A stretch of 64,000 bases of DNA from Chitinophaga pinensis (lineage in GTDB: Bacteria; Bacteroidota; Bacteroidia; NS11-12g; UBA955), in contig CAMDAF010000005.1 of the NCBI GenBank assembly GCA_945888525.1, forward strand, positions 34,512-98,511, given 5' to 3'. A program made the position numbers and the translations under genes. Position 1 is the first letter of the stretch. The number at the start of each line of letters is the position of its first letter. The notes beneath the pieces were generated by a model. The model saw only the letters and a list, made by a program, of their open reading frames with translations. It was not told the origin of the DNA and made no database searches. Below are positions 28,764-38,879 of this stretch, piece after piece.

Positions 28764-30386
28764 TTACCATTTGCTAACCAATGGAATTTGTCTGCCTCTG
28801 CCAAATGCTTTTGAACGGATTCTAATAATAGGAGGCGCTTGGAAACGCTTGTATTCATTGCGGTTAACCATTCCTATAATTCGATTAACTAAGGCAGATT
28901 CAAAACCCAATTGCACAATTTCTTCAATGCCTTTTTGTTTTTCTATGTACAATTCAAGTATTTGGTCTAAAACATCGTATTCAGGCAAGCTGTCACTGTC
29001 TTTCTGATTGGGTCTAAGTTCTGCACTAGGCGCTTTGTCAATAATTGAGTATGGAATTATTTCAAGTTCCTTATTTATAAATCGGGCCAGTTTATAGACA
29101 TCTGTTTTGTAAAGATCGCCCATCACGCTTAAACTTCCGCACATATCGCCATATAAGGTGGTATAGCCAACAGACATTTCACTTTTATTGCTGGTGTTTA
29201 ATAGTATATGGCCGAATTTATTGCTAATGGCCATTAACAGCACAGCGCGGCTTCTCGCCTGGATATTCTCCTCTGCCAAACCAAACTCCAATCCTTCAAA
29301 CATTGGTTTTAGTGTTTGGCCAAAAGAATCAAACACATTTGAAATGGGCAATATTTCGAAATTGTTTTTCAAGTTTTCCGATAGTTTCTTAGCATCCAAC
29401 ACACTTCCTTCACTGCTAAAGTCTGAGGGCATTAAAATTGCTTTTACGTTTTCAGCACCAAGAGCTCGAGTAGCCAATGCCTGAACAACCGCTGAATCAA
29501 TGCCGCCAGATGATCCTAATACCGCTTTTGAAAACCCCATTTTCCCAAAGAAGTTCTGAATGCCGTAGATTAGTGCATCATGCATTAATTCTGTTTCTTC
29601 TGCTTCTTTAAAATCAATTTCCCGGTTTTCTTTTTCTGTGTCGAATATTTGAAAATCTTCTTTAAAATTGCTGCATTCTAAAACCAAGCTTCCGTTTTCA
29701 TTGATCACCATTGAGTTTCCATCAAACACTAAGTCTGTGTGAACGCCTGTTTGATTGACATAAACCAGAGGGAGAGCGTAGCGCATACAAACATTTTTCA
29801 AAACGTTTAACCGCTCAATCTTCTTATGCATGTTAAAAGGTGAGGCGGAAATGTTAATCAATAAATCTGGTCTATATTTGCTTAATTCTTCAAGCGGATT
29901 GCCCGAGTAATTAAACCGTTCCATCTCAAACCACAAGTCCTCGCAAATTGTAATTGCTATCTTTTTGCCATTTATTTCTATGGTTTTAAAGGATGAATTT
30001 GCTTCAAAATACCTAGCTTCATTAAATACATCGTAAGTAGGCAATAGTGTTTTGTGAACCGTATGCTTTACAATTCCATCTTGTAAAATACAGGCAGAAT
30101 TATACAATCTTCTTCCAATTTTACTTTCATTGAATGTTGGGGATCCTAGAATTACAGTAATTCCAATGGCATGTTTGGCAATTTCTTCAACGGCTTGAAT
30201 ACAATTTGAAATAAAATGCGGGTAATCTAGAAGGTCGTCAGGTGGGTATGCACAGATTGAAAGTTCACTAAAAACGACCAAATCTGCAGCAGATTCTTTT
30301 GCTTTATTAAGCGCAACAATTATTTTTTCTTTGTTTCCAACTATATCTGCAATCGTATAGTTAAGCTGCGCTAAAGCAATTTTCAT
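28764..30386 (-). CDS. nadE: glutamine-dependent NAD+ synthase
   Basis: N-terminal CN-hydrolase domain (MKIALAQLNY..., ICEDLW) plus a C-terminal NAD synthetase PP-loop (GSSGGIDSAV). 540 aa. Confidence 0.9.
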   Translation of the reverse strand: MKIALAQLNYTIADIVGNKEKIIVALNKAKESAADLVVFSELSICAYPPDDLLDYPHFISNCIQAVEEIAKHAIGITVILGSPTFNESKIGRRLYNSACILQDGIVKHTVHKTLLPTYDVFNEARYFEANSSFKTIEINGKKIAITICEDLWFEMERFNYSGNPLEELSKYRPDLLINISASPFNMHKKIERLNVLKNVCMRYALPLVYVNQTGVHTDLVFDGNSMVINENGSLVLECSNFKEDFQIFDTEKENREIDFKEAEETELMHDALIYGIQNFFGKMGFSKAVLGSSGGIDSAVVQALATRALGAENVKAILMPSDFSSEGSVLDAKKLSENLKNNFEILPISNVFDSFGQTLKPMFEGLEFGLAEENIQARSRAVLLMAISNKFGHILLNTSNKSEMSVGYTTLYGDMCGSLSVMGDLYKTDVYKLARFINKELEIIPYSIIDKAPSAELRPNQKDSDSLPEYDVLDQILELYIEKQKGIEEIVQLGFESALVNRIIGMVNRNEYKRFQAPPIIRIRSKAFGRGRQIPLVSKW

Positions 30387-30411
30387 TTCTTGAGATTCTG
30401 AAAAAATCTAA

Positions 30412-31158
30412 TTAAAAAAAGAATCCAAGTTCTAAGCCCACAACGTTGTTGTTCATCTTCGATTTTTTGTCATCTAAAATATCGGTAAATCCATTGTTAA
30501 AACGAATGCCTGCATAAAAACTCGCATTGCCACTTAGATTGTATTCAATACCTGCGCCAAGTATCATTGAGGCTCTCAAAAAGTTTACGTCATCAATATG
30601 TTTGGTGAAATCTAAATTGTTGTTGTTGGCATCATTTGGAATAAACTTCTCTTCAGCCGGATAACTTTTGGTGCCTGTTGAAGCAGGAGAGGCCAATACC
30701 GTTGCATTGTTTCCAATTAAAAACCCGGGCGCAAGACCAAACTGCCCCCAGTAACGCATGCCGTTTATTTCTTTTGTTCTGAATTTAAAAGTCAGAGGAA
30801 TTTCAATGTATTTAAGGTTGTATTTATAGCTAATATTATTGTAATCCTGAGAACTACCTGTGCTCGGTAGGGAATAAATAGAATCTGATTTTAACTTCAT
30901 CGAATTGCTCATGGTGCTGATGTTTAATTCACTGGAAAAAAAATAGTTATCCGCTATACGGATGTCTGAAATGACGCCAAATGAAAACCCTATGCCCATT
31001 CCATCCTTTTGAACATCATTGCTGATTGCTTTAGTCCAATTAAAACCAGGCATAATTTTAAACCCTATCCTGAAGTTTCTTTCATCCTGTGCAGATGAAT
31101 TTAATGAGAAAATTGTAAGTCCAATCAATAAAAAAGTATATTTTAACGTTGTTTTCAT
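30412..31158 (-). CDS. outer-membrane beta-barrel (porin-family / PorT-sized) protein
   Basis: Start set at MKTTLKYTFLLIGLTIFSLNSSAQ (signal). Alternating beta-strand pattern. C-terminal ...GLELGFFF ends in an aromatic residue. Confidence 0.65.
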   Translation of the reverse strand: MKTTLKYTFLLIGLTIFSLNSSAQDERNFRIGFKIMPGFNWTKAISNDVQKDGMGIGFSFGVISDIRIADNYFFSSELNISTMSNSMKLKSDSIYSLPSTGSSQDYNNISYKYNLKYIEIPLTFKFRTKEINGMRYWGQFGLAPGFLIGNNATVLASPASTGTKSYPAEEKFIPNDANNNNLDFTKHIDDVNFLRASMILGAGIEYNLSGNASFYAGIRFNNGFTDILDDKKSKMNNNVVGLELGFFF

Positions 31159-31185
31159 GCTGATAATGATTTTATTTGCACAAAA

Positions 31186-32199
31186 ATGAACAAAATATTT
31201 CAATTTTCAATCACTACAAGTTTAGTATTTATCATGTTATTCTTAACATCATGCCATTCAAACAAATTAGACATCAATACAAATGGCATTGAAGTAAAAT
31301 TAGATATCAGACATTTTGAAAGCGACCTGTTTGAAAACAAATTAAACGACTACCAAAGTTTTTCAAATAAATATCCTTTTTTCTTAACCGATTACAACAA
31401 AGGAATTATTGGATTCCCGGGAAATGAGCAGGAGGCTTTTCAACAATTAATGTTGTTTAAAACGGATGTAAACGCAAAAAAAGTTTACGGTTTTGTCAAA
31501 GAAAAATATGGAAACTTCAAACCCTACGAAGATGAATTAACCGAAGCATATAAAAGATTTAAATACTTTTTTCCAGACCTCAAAATACCAAGCATAGTAA
31601 CTTATACAAGTAACTTTAGCTTTTATGTTAACCCTGTTGGACAAGATTATATAGGAATAGCTCTAGACATGCATTTGGGGCAAGATTTTAAACCATATGA
31701 ATACACAAATATTGAATTGTATTGGCGCAAAATATTAATTCCTCAAACAATTGTTACAAACCATATGCTTGCGCATGCGAACGATCTGTTTCTAAAAACG
31801 AATAAAGCCAAAAATTTCACAGATGAAATGATTTATCAAGGAAAGCTCCTTTATTTCTTGGATGCTGTGGCGCCCAATGTACCTGATTATATCAAAATTG
31901 GCATGACGCAAGCCGAATTTGAATGGTGTAAAAAAGAAGAGCACAATATTTGGTCGTTTATTGTCAAAGAAAAGTATTTATTTGATACCGATAAAAGACG
32001 TTTTGAGCGCCTGTTAAAAGAAGGCCCTAAAACCATAGCAAGCGGCATACCGCCGGAAGCGCCAGCAATGATTGGACGTTATGTTGGATGGATGGCCGTT
32101 AGAATGTATATGACTGAAAATAATTCTGTCGAATTAAATGCATTAATGAACAATAACAACGCAGAATTAATACTTCAAAAGAGCGCCTACAAACCCTAA
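31186..32199 (+). CDS. gldB: GldB-like gliding-motility lipoprotein (tentative)
   Basis: Lipobox MLFLTSC, about 337 aa. An IRHFESDLF segment near the N-terminus and the size recall GldB. Assigned from memory of the family, not from a search. Confidence 0.5.
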   Translation: MNKIFQFSITTSLVFIMLFLTSCHSNKLDINTNGIEVKLDIRHFESDLFENKLNDYQSFSNKYPFFLTDYNKGIIGFPGNEQEAFQQLMLFKTDVNAKKVYGFVKEKYGNFKPYEDELTEAYKRFKYFFPDLKIPSIVTYTSNFSFYVNPVGQDYIGIALDMHLGQDFKPYEYTNIELYWRKILIPQTIVTNHMLAHANDLFLKTNKAKNFTDEMIYQGKLLYFLDAVAPNVPDYIKIGMTQAEFEWCKKEEHNIWSFIVKEKYLFDTDKRRFERLLKEGPKTIASGIPPEAPAMIGRYVGWMAVRMYMTENNSVELNALMNNNNAELILQKSAYKP

Positions 32200-33999
32200 T
32201 TAACCAATATTCATATGCGTGGTAGCATATTTGTAATCGGCATTAATCGCCTTCTCACTCAATGAATAAGCCAAAGTGACAATACCAACTCGACCAACAA
32301 ACATTGCAATTGTCAATGTCACTTTACTGGCATCGGTTAATCCAGCGGTTATACCTGTGCTAAGTCCAACTGTTGCAAATGCTGAAACAGCTTCATAAGC
32401 CAAACGCACCAATTCAATTCCCTTATCGGTAAATGATAAAACCGTAATAACCAATAACACGAAAAGGCCTGAAAAGATTACCACTGCAAAAGCTTTGTAA
32501 ATCAGATCTTGTGCAATGCTTCTATTGCCTAAAGTCATTTCTCTTTTACCTCTTATGGTTCCAATAATTGCCACCATCATTACAACAAACGTACTGGTTT
32601 TTATACCACCACCTGTTGAAGCTGAAGAAGCACCTATAAACATTAAAAAAATAGAAAGAAGCAAAAGTGTATTTGGTAAATGCTCTAAACTAATGCTGTT
32701 AAAGCCACTGGTTCTTAGATTAACCGCTTGGAAAAAGCAGATTGCAACTTGGGCAATAGGTGATTGGGTAGCGAATCTTGGGTCATCAATTAAGAAATAA
32801 AACGAGGCCATTCCGATCAAAATCAATGCAATACTCATATAAATTGCGACCTTCGAACTTAATTTCCACTCTCTCCATGGTTCTTTAAGTCTAATTCTAA
32901 GCATCAATGGAGAGAACACGTCTCTAATAACAGGAAAACCCAAACTACCAAAGAATATAATTATGCCCACAAAAATGTGCAGCATGTACAACTCTGAAAT
33001 CAGTGGCGTCTCAAAATTATACTCAAAAGTACTAAAGCCCGCATTGCAAAATGCAGAAATACTGTGAAAAATTGAAGTGTAAATTTTTTCACCAGGGCTT
33101 GCGAATTGATAATCACCCCACAATACATATATACCAAGGGCGCCCAAACCTTCGATTAAAAAGGTCATAACTAAAATTCGCTTGATTAAATAATAACTTC
33201 CGCTTAAGTGCTCGGCATCCAACAATTCATTCATTGCAATCTGGTGTTTAACCCCTATCCCTTTTTTTATAAAGGAGGCGAAAAAGGAGGCAAACGTCAA
33301 AATCCCAATTCCACCAAGCTGAATTAACAATAAGATGATAATCTGCCCTTTTATGTTAAAAAAGGTTGCTGTATTAACGACCGTCAAACCAGTGACACAA
33401 CTTGCACTTCCTGCTGTAAAAACGGCATCTACAAAATTTAAAAATTTTCCGGTATGGTTAAATCCTGGCAAAGTTAAAAGTGATCCACCACCTAGAATTA
33501 ACAATACAAACGAAAGAATAAATAGGGTAGTGGGCTTTAGTTTTGTTGTGTAAACAGCATTAATCGATTTAACCAATTCAATGGCAGCAAAAATTAACAA
33601 GAAAAACTGAATGAAAAAGTGGTATATGGATCTGTAATTTGTGATTTCTAAGCGAATTAAAAACTTTTCAAGTATTGGGTGACCAAAAAGAAAATAACTA
33701 ACCCCATCGTAAATAACCAACAGTATTAAAATCGCCTCAAATACATTTGAGACAAGAAAACTTTGTTTGTCTTTTGCAAGCAGCAACCGAATAACAAAAC
33801 CAATGATAAAAACCAAATAGAAAAACCTTGTACTTAGCAGTATTAACTTGATATTTTCTTCCGAGTGGTTAAATCCATAGCGGTATACCATAACACCTAA
33901 CACCAAAAGCGAAGAAACTAAGGTGAAAACTCTTAATATATTCAATATTGCTTCTTCATGCTTAAACAAGAAATAGGATATTTTTTTATTGGTATTCAA
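32200..33999 (-). CDS. TrkH/KtrB-family cation (K+) transporter with an N-terminal extension
   Basis: Polytopic. Selectivity-type glycine motifs (CVTGLT, CNAGFS, RTSGF, STGGGIKTSTF). 599 aa. Confidence 0.8.
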   Translation of the reverse strand: MNTNKKISYFLFKHEEAILNILRVFTLVSSLLVLGVMVYRYGFNHSEENIKLILLSTRFFYLVFIIGFVIRLLLAKDKQSFLVSNVFEAILILLVIYDGVSYFLFGHPILEKFLIRLEITNYRSIYHFFIQFFLLIFAAIELVKSINAVYTTKLKPTTLFILSFVLLILGGGSLLTLPGFNHTGKFLNFVDAVFTAGSASCVTGLTVVNTATFFNIKGQIIILLLIQLGGIGILTFASFFASFIKKGIGVKHQIAMNELLDAEHLSGSYYLIKRILVMTFLIEGLGALGIYVLWGDYQFASPGEKIYTSIFHSISAFCNAGFSTFEYNFETPLISELYMLHIFVGIIIFFGSLGFPVIRDVFSPLMLRIRLKEPWREWKLSSKVAIYMSIALILIGMASFYFLIDDPRFATQSPIAQVAICFFQAVNLRTSGFNSISLEHLPNTLLLLSIFLMFIGASSASTGGGIKTSTFVVMMVAIIGTIRGKREMTLGNRSIAQDLIYKAFAVVIFSGLFVLLVITVLSFTDKGIELVRLAYEAVSAFATVGLSTGITAGLTDASKVTLTIAMFVGRVGIVTLAYSLSEKAINADYKYATTHMNIG

Positions 34000-34010
34000 T
34001 TCGGTTTTCT

Positions 34011-34985
34011 TTAAATCAGATAACTTGACTCTTTTTTAAGTTTTTCAATATTGATTGGCACCACGCCACTTTCTTCACAAACCAATCCACCTGCCAGATT
34101 AGATAATTCTGCTACAATCCCCATTTCAACTTTACAAGCCAAACACAAGGATGCTACACTTATTACGGTATCGCCAGCTCCGCTAACATCAGAAATGTTT
34201 CGCAAGTGAGCAGGTATAAAATTAAAGTCACTGTGGTCTGTAACCATTACACCATCTTCACTCAATGTAACCATGGTATAAGTATTATTCAATTTTTCAT
34301 TTAATTCCAAAACCAAGTCAACGAGGTTTTCTTTCTTCTTTAAGTTTAAGTCGCTGTTTAACCCTTCTTTAATTTCTTTTAAGTTGGGTTTAAACAAAGT
34401 TACATTTTTGTAAGCTAAAAAGTTTTTCTTTTTGGGGTCTACAGCAATTGGCTTGCCGGCTTTAATTGCAATATCAATTAAAACTGGAATATTTTTTTCG
34501 GTTAATACCCCTTTATTGTAATCTTCCAATACCACAACATCACACTTTTTTATGTTGGCAGTAAAGGCTTTTATTAATTTGTCATTTTCAGAATCGTTAA
34601 TGTCGCTTAACATTTCTTGATCCATTCTTAGCAATTGATGCTTGTTGCCAATTATTCTAGTTTTGGTTGTGGTTTTTCGGCTTTTTGATTGAACAATACC
34701 AGCAATAGGCATTTTACTGCTTTGCATCAAAGCAACTAATGCATCGCCATCATCATCTTTCCCAATAACAGAACATAAAATTGGAATTGCTTTTAAAGCA
34801 ATAATATTAATGGCTACATTGGCAGCGCCACCAAGACGCATATCTCTTTGGTCTATATTGACAACAGGAACAGGTGCTTCTGGTGAAATGCGCTCAACCT
34901 TACCCATAATATAGGCATCAATCATCACATCGCCAACGATTAAAACGCGCTTTCCTTCAAATTCATTAATCAGATTCTCCATCAT
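34011..34985 (-). CDS. PfkB-family sugar kinase, RfaE domain-I-like (D-glycero-beta-D-manno-heptose-7-phosphate kinase-like)
   Basis: Start set at MMENLINEFEGKRVLIVGDVMIDAY. C-terminal DVSGAGDTV PfkB signature. The longer ORF-track start would overlap the upstream aminotransferase. Confidence 0.7.
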   Translation of the reverse strand: MMENLINEFEGKRVLIVGDVMIDAYIMGKVERISPEAPVPVVNIDQRDMRLGGAANVAINIIALKAIPILCSVIGKDDDGDALVALMQSSKMPIAGIVQSKSRKTTTKTRIIGNKHQLLRMDQEMLSDINDSENDKLIKAFTANIKKCDVVVLEDYNKGVLTEKNIPVLIDIAIKAGKPIAVDPKKKNFLAYKNVTLFKPNLKEIKEGLNSDLNLKKKENLVDLVLELNEKLNNTYTMVTLSEDGVMVTDHSDFNFIPAHLRNISDVSGAGDTVISVASLCLACKVEMGIVAELSNLAGGLVCEESGVVPINIEKLKKESSYLI

Positions 34986-34987
34986 TA

Positions 34988-36199
34988 TTATTTTAATGCC
35001 AATAAAGCTTGTTTGATTCTTTCCATTGCTTTCAATAGATTCTCTTCGCTGGTCGCATAAGACATTCTTATGCAATTATCATTTCCAAACGCAGATCCTG
35101 AAACCGTAACAACATATACCTCGTTTAAAAGATACATGCACAAATCTTGCGAGTTTGTAATTGAGTGTCCATTGTGTGATTTTCCGTAAAATGAACTAAC
35201 ATCTGGGAATAGATAAAATGCGCCTGGAGGTAAACTTAATTTTAAGCCAGGTATTTCTTTTAAGATGTTATAGCATAAATCCCGTCTTACTTTAAATGCG
35301 TCCCGCATTTTGTATGTGGGGGTTAAGTCGCCGTTCAATGCTGCAATTGCGGCCTTCTGGGCAATTGAGTTTGTACCACTTGTAAACTGGCTTTGAAGTT
35401 TTTCACAAGCGTACGCAATCGCTTTCGGTGCCCCAATATATCCAATGCGCCAACCTGTCATTGAAAAAGCTTTTGAAACACCATTCACAGTTACTGTTCT
35501 GTTAATTAAGGTTCCGTAATTTGCTATGCTGTAGTGCTTTCCTCCAAAGTTGATATGCTCATAGATCTCATCACTGATAATATAAACATTAGGATGACGC
35601 TCAAACACTTCAGCCAAACCTTTTAACTCATCCTCAGTATAAATCATTCCGCTAGGATTATTAGGACTACTGAACATAAACAGCTTTGTTTTATGTGTAA
35701 TCTTCTCTTCAAGCTGCTTTGGCGTAATTTTATAATTGGATTCTACATTTGTATCTATAAAAACATTTTTACCTTCGGCCAAGTTAACCATGTCTGCATA
35801 ACTGACCCAAAATGGCCTAGGTATAATTACTTCATCGCCAGGATTGACAAGTGACAATACCGCATTCATGATTGAATTTTTAGCACCAGTGCTGACAACA
35901 ATTTGATCCGTATTATAGGCCAAGCCGTTCTCCCTTAAAAACTTAGCCGAAACAGCTTCCTTTAAATCAGGAATACCTGCAACAGGGGTATAAAAAGTAA
36001 AATTATCATTTAAAGCATTCACTGCTGCTTTTTTGATGTGGTCTGGTGTAAAAAAATCAGGTTCGCCAAAACTTAAACTAATGATGTCTTTGCCTTCAGC
36101 TTTTAATGCGCGACCCAACTTGGCCATGGCAATTGTTTCAGATTCAGATATGCGATTTAACCTTTCAGCTATCATCGATTTGTCTTCTTGATTTGTCAA
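34988..36199 (-). CDS. pyridoxal-phosphate-dependent aminotransferase, class I (aspartate aminotransferase-like)
   Basis: SFGEPDF, SSPNNPSG, and the lysine motif NGVSKAFSMTGWRIGY. Confidence 0.85.
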   Translation of the reverse strand: MTNQEDKSMIAERLNRISESETIAMAKLGRALKAEGKDIISLSFGEPDFFTPDHIKKAAVNALNDNFTFYTPVAGIPDLKEAVSAKFLRENGLAYNTDQIVVSTGAKNSIMNAVLSLVNPGDEVIIPRPFWVSYADMVNLAEGKNVFIDTNVESNYKITPKQLEEKITHKTKLFMFSSPNNPSGMIYTEDELKGLAEVFERHPNVYIISDEIYEHINFGGKHYSIANYGTLINRTVTVNGVSKAFSMTGWRIGYIGAPKAIAYACEKLQSQFTSGTNSIAQKAAIAALNGDLTPTYKMRDAFKVRRDLCYNILKEIPGLKLSLPPGAFYLFPDVSSFYGKSHNGHSITNSQDLCMYLLNEVYVVTVSGSAFGNDNCIRMSYATSEENLLKAMERIKQALLALK

Positions 36200-36218
36200 A
36201 ATTTCAAATTATAAAATG

Positions 36219-36226
36219 CAAACCTA
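36219..36226 (-). promoter_or_regulatory. Bacteroidota -7 box (TAGGTTTG on minus strand) for the aminotransferase gene
   Basis: Plus strand CAAACCTA, 20 nt upstream of ATG 36199. Confidence 0.4.
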
Positions 36227-36335
36227 ACTCAATTATTGTGATTCTTGAAACTTAACTTGTTAAACAATGTAAGGCAGTGCATTATATTCTATACATATTC
36301 ATTGTAATTGAATTCAGTATAGTTGGCCTGAAAAA

Positions 36336-38156
36336 TCAATTTCTAGTGTATTTTCTTTTTCTGTACCACATATTTAACAGACCAAACAACAAGACCAGAA
36401 TAACTGGAACTGCTGTGTTTAAGAGCTGCCATTTCGTTTTCTCACTAAATGTTTCTCCCTCTCCTTTAGGAGCAGTCAAACGTGGCTTATCCAATAACCT
36501 CAAGGCAATTTCTTTGGTCCTAATATCAATCAAACCACTTTCATCAAACATATAATCAAAACAATTTAAAAGGAATTTTTTGTTGGCAAATTGTCGCCCA
36601 GTCTCTCGGTCAAATCCCAATGGGTAAATTTCGCCACTACTTCGTTTTACATAGTTTAATCCTAAATCGCCGTCTGCTAATACAATCATGCTATTGGTCA
36701 CAGATTCTTTCACTGGAAATTCGTAAATTTTATCTGGGCGCTTAAAATTCGATTTAAATTCACCTTCCAACAATACGCCCGAAACCTGTGTGCCAGACTT
36801 AAATGATTGCAAATACTTAATATCGCTATTGTTCGCCACAATACCAATATCAACAAAAGCTGGTGCATCTTGCAACTTGGCTCTATCACTGCTCAATAGT
36901 AAGTTTGTCACTTTTAAATTCTTTCTTGAAATTGGCTTTAAGGTCCCACTGTATCTGCCCCAAACAACTTCTAAATTCTTAACAATTGGATGCTCATTGC
37001 CCTTAAAGGCGAAAAGTGGATAGTACACCCATGGAAACGGAACCATTTGCCCCGGGCGTGATGGATCATTTAGCACGATGTTGTTGCATTGCAAATCCAT
37101 CAATAAATTAGAATTTAAGCGCACGCCATAATTGAACAACATTGTACGTAAATTCTCATTGTCATAATCCGGAAAAAATGCCTTTGTTTGCCGTCTTAAA
37201 CTGTCGTGCTCTGCCTGAATTGGATCCACCATCCAAATGGTTTTACCTCCATTCATTATATATTGATCTAATATATACGCTTCATCTTTTTGAAGAGGCT
37301 CAATTGGTTTTATAATCACAATCCCGTCGTATTGATTCAGCATTTCTAACGATTTTAAAACAATACGTTTCCCCAAAGTATCATAGTTTTGGGTTTCTTC
37401 TGTTAAATACACAAACTGTTTTAAATAATTTTCATTGCCTAAATTAAAAAACACCCGGTCAATGCTGTAATTTTCACTCAAAGAAGCCAACAATTCATCG
37501 GTATGTGCTTCATCTGGCTCGCCATGACCGTAAAGAAATGCAATTTTTTTAGGGGTCTTATTTACACATTTTCTGATTGCATTTGCAAACTCGTATTCCA
37601 ATCCCTCTATTGATTTGTTAATTGCATTTTCTTCAGCACGCCCCATTTCGGTATTTAAAAGATTAACGACATATTCTTTATTGGAGCCATAACTTACCTC
37701 GGCAGAGGGCAGGATTAAATTTCTCTTTTGTTGGTCAGCACCCATCTCGAGATCGTTGTAATACATTACACCTTTTTCATTCAATTGCTTGATAATCTCA
37801 GACTTCTCTTTATCGGTTTTGTCTTTAAAAACATCGACAAATTCAAAATCAATTTTGTTGCCACTAACATCCCTGAATTCACTTAGAATGTCCATGGTCG
37901 CCGTCCTTAATCTTTTAAAACGTGAGGAAAGGTTATCACTCTCCAAGTACACCTTAAAATACATCCGGTCATTAACCTTTCTTGCAAGATTCTTAGACGT
38001 TTCTGACAGTGTAAAGCGCTTTTCTTTCGTTAAATCAAACTTTTTGTAATATTGGGTAGCTAAAACATTGACAACACCTATTACCACAAATAACAACAAC
38101 AATTCAATGATGGATTGCTGTTTAATGCTTCTTTTTTGTTTCTTAATTTTTACCAT
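36336..38156 (-). CDS. gldG: gliding-motility ABC transporter accessory protein GldG
   Basis: Large protein with N- and C-terminal TM anchors directly after gldA-gldF. N-terminus ...YYKKFDLTKEKRFTLSE is typical of GldG. Confidence 0.8.
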   Translation of the reverse strand: MVKIKKQKRSIKQQSIIELLLLFVVIGVVNVLATQYYKKFDLTKEKRFTLSETSKNLARKVNDRMYFKVYLESDNLSSRFKRLRTATMDILSEFRDVSGNKIDFEFVDVFKDKTDKEKSEIIKQLNEKGVMYYNDLEMGADQQKRNLILPSAEVSYGSNKEYVVNLLNTEMGRAEENAINKSIEGLEYEFANAIRKCVNKTPKKIAFLYGHGEPDEAHTDELLASLSENYSIDRVFFNLGNENYLKQFVYLTEETQNYDTLGKRIVLKSLEMLNQYDGIVIIKPIEPLQKDEAYILDQYIMNGGKTIWMVDPIQAEHDSLRRQTKAFFPDYDNENLRTMLFNYGVRLNSNLLMDLQCNNIVLNDPSRPGQMVPFPWVYYPLFAFKGNEHPIVKNLEVVWGRYSGTLKPISRKNLKVTNLLLSSDRAKLQDAPAFVDIGIVANNSDIKYLQSFKSGTQVSGVLLEGEFKSNFKRPDKIYEFPVKESVTNSMIVLADGDLGLNYVKRSSGEIYPLGFDRETGRQFANKKFLLNCFDYMFDESGLIDIRTKEIALRLLDKPRLTAPKGEGETFSEKTKWQLLNTAVPVILVLLFGLLNMWYRKRKYTRN

Positions 38157-38878
38157 TTTCTGCTGTTAAAAATAATTTTAGTTAACCAAATAAACAATAC
38201 AATCAAACTCAGGAAATAAACAACGTCTCTGGTATCAACAACGCCTCTGCTAATATTTCTATAATGAAAATTTATTCCAAACCATTCAATGAAAAAATCA
38301 GTCTTCTTAAAAATTTCAAAAGAACTAAGATATTCAAAACTGGAATAAAAAAAGAAACACAAAAACATGCTGACTATGAAAGAAACAATTTGATTGTCTG
38401 TAATAACACTTGAAAACAATCCAATAGAAACATAACCTGCACTCAAAAAGATTAAGCCTAAATAACTTCCCCAAATTGCACCGGTATCAATATTGCCAAT
38501 CGGAATCGATAATTTATGAATGGTGTAGTAATAGATAAATGTAGGCAATATAGAAAACAATACAATAAGCAATCCAGCAAAATATTTGCCTAAAATGATG
38601 GATAAATCAGTAATTGGTTTGGTGCTTAAAATTTCAAAAGTCCCCGTTTTTTTCTCTTCACTAAAGGAACGCATGGTTATGGCCGAAATCAAGAAAATAA
38701 AAATAATAGGGGCTAATTCAAAAAATGGATCAATGTTGGCATAACCTGCGTCTAAAATATTTGTTTCATTGAAAATCCAAATAAACAAACCATTCGCAAC
38801 TAAAAATACGATGATTACAATGATTGCAATTAAAGAGCTTAAAAAACTCCGAATCTCCTTGGCTAATATACTAAACAT
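38150..38878 (-). CDS. gldF: gliding-motility ABC transporter permease GldF
   Basis: ABC-2-type permease, 242 aa. MFSILAKEIRSFLSS N-terminus. Overlaps gldG by 7 nt. Confidence 0.8.
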   Translation of the reverse strand: MFSILAKEIRSFLSSLIAIIVIIVFLVANGLFIWIFNETNILDAGYANIDPFFELAPIIFIFLISAITMRSFSEEKKTGTFEILSTKPITDLSIILGKYFAGLLIVLFSILPTFIYYYTIHKLSIPIGNIDTGAIWGSYLGLIFLSAGYVSIGLFSSVITDNQIVSFIVSMFLCFFFYSSFEYLSSFEIFKKTDFFIEWFGINFHYRNISRGVVDTRDVVYFLSLIVLFIWLTKIIFNSRKW

Positions 38879-38879
38879 C

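Noticed and set aside
28758-28769. Convergent genes with zero spacer sharing a TAATTA stop-stop junction (28761..28766, and again at 32197..32202)
   Set aside because: This reflects genome compaction in an AT-rich genome (TAA facing TAA), not a specific element. It leaves no room for terminators, and I see no further structure.
36277-36555. 92-aa plus-strand ORF overlapping the 3' end of gldG, and other overlapping-frame ORFs (4010..4375, 15756..16142, 17476..17874, 54619..54963)
   Set aside because: All are nested in or overlap genes with strong motif support on the other strand or frame. None has a signal, motif or promoter of its own.
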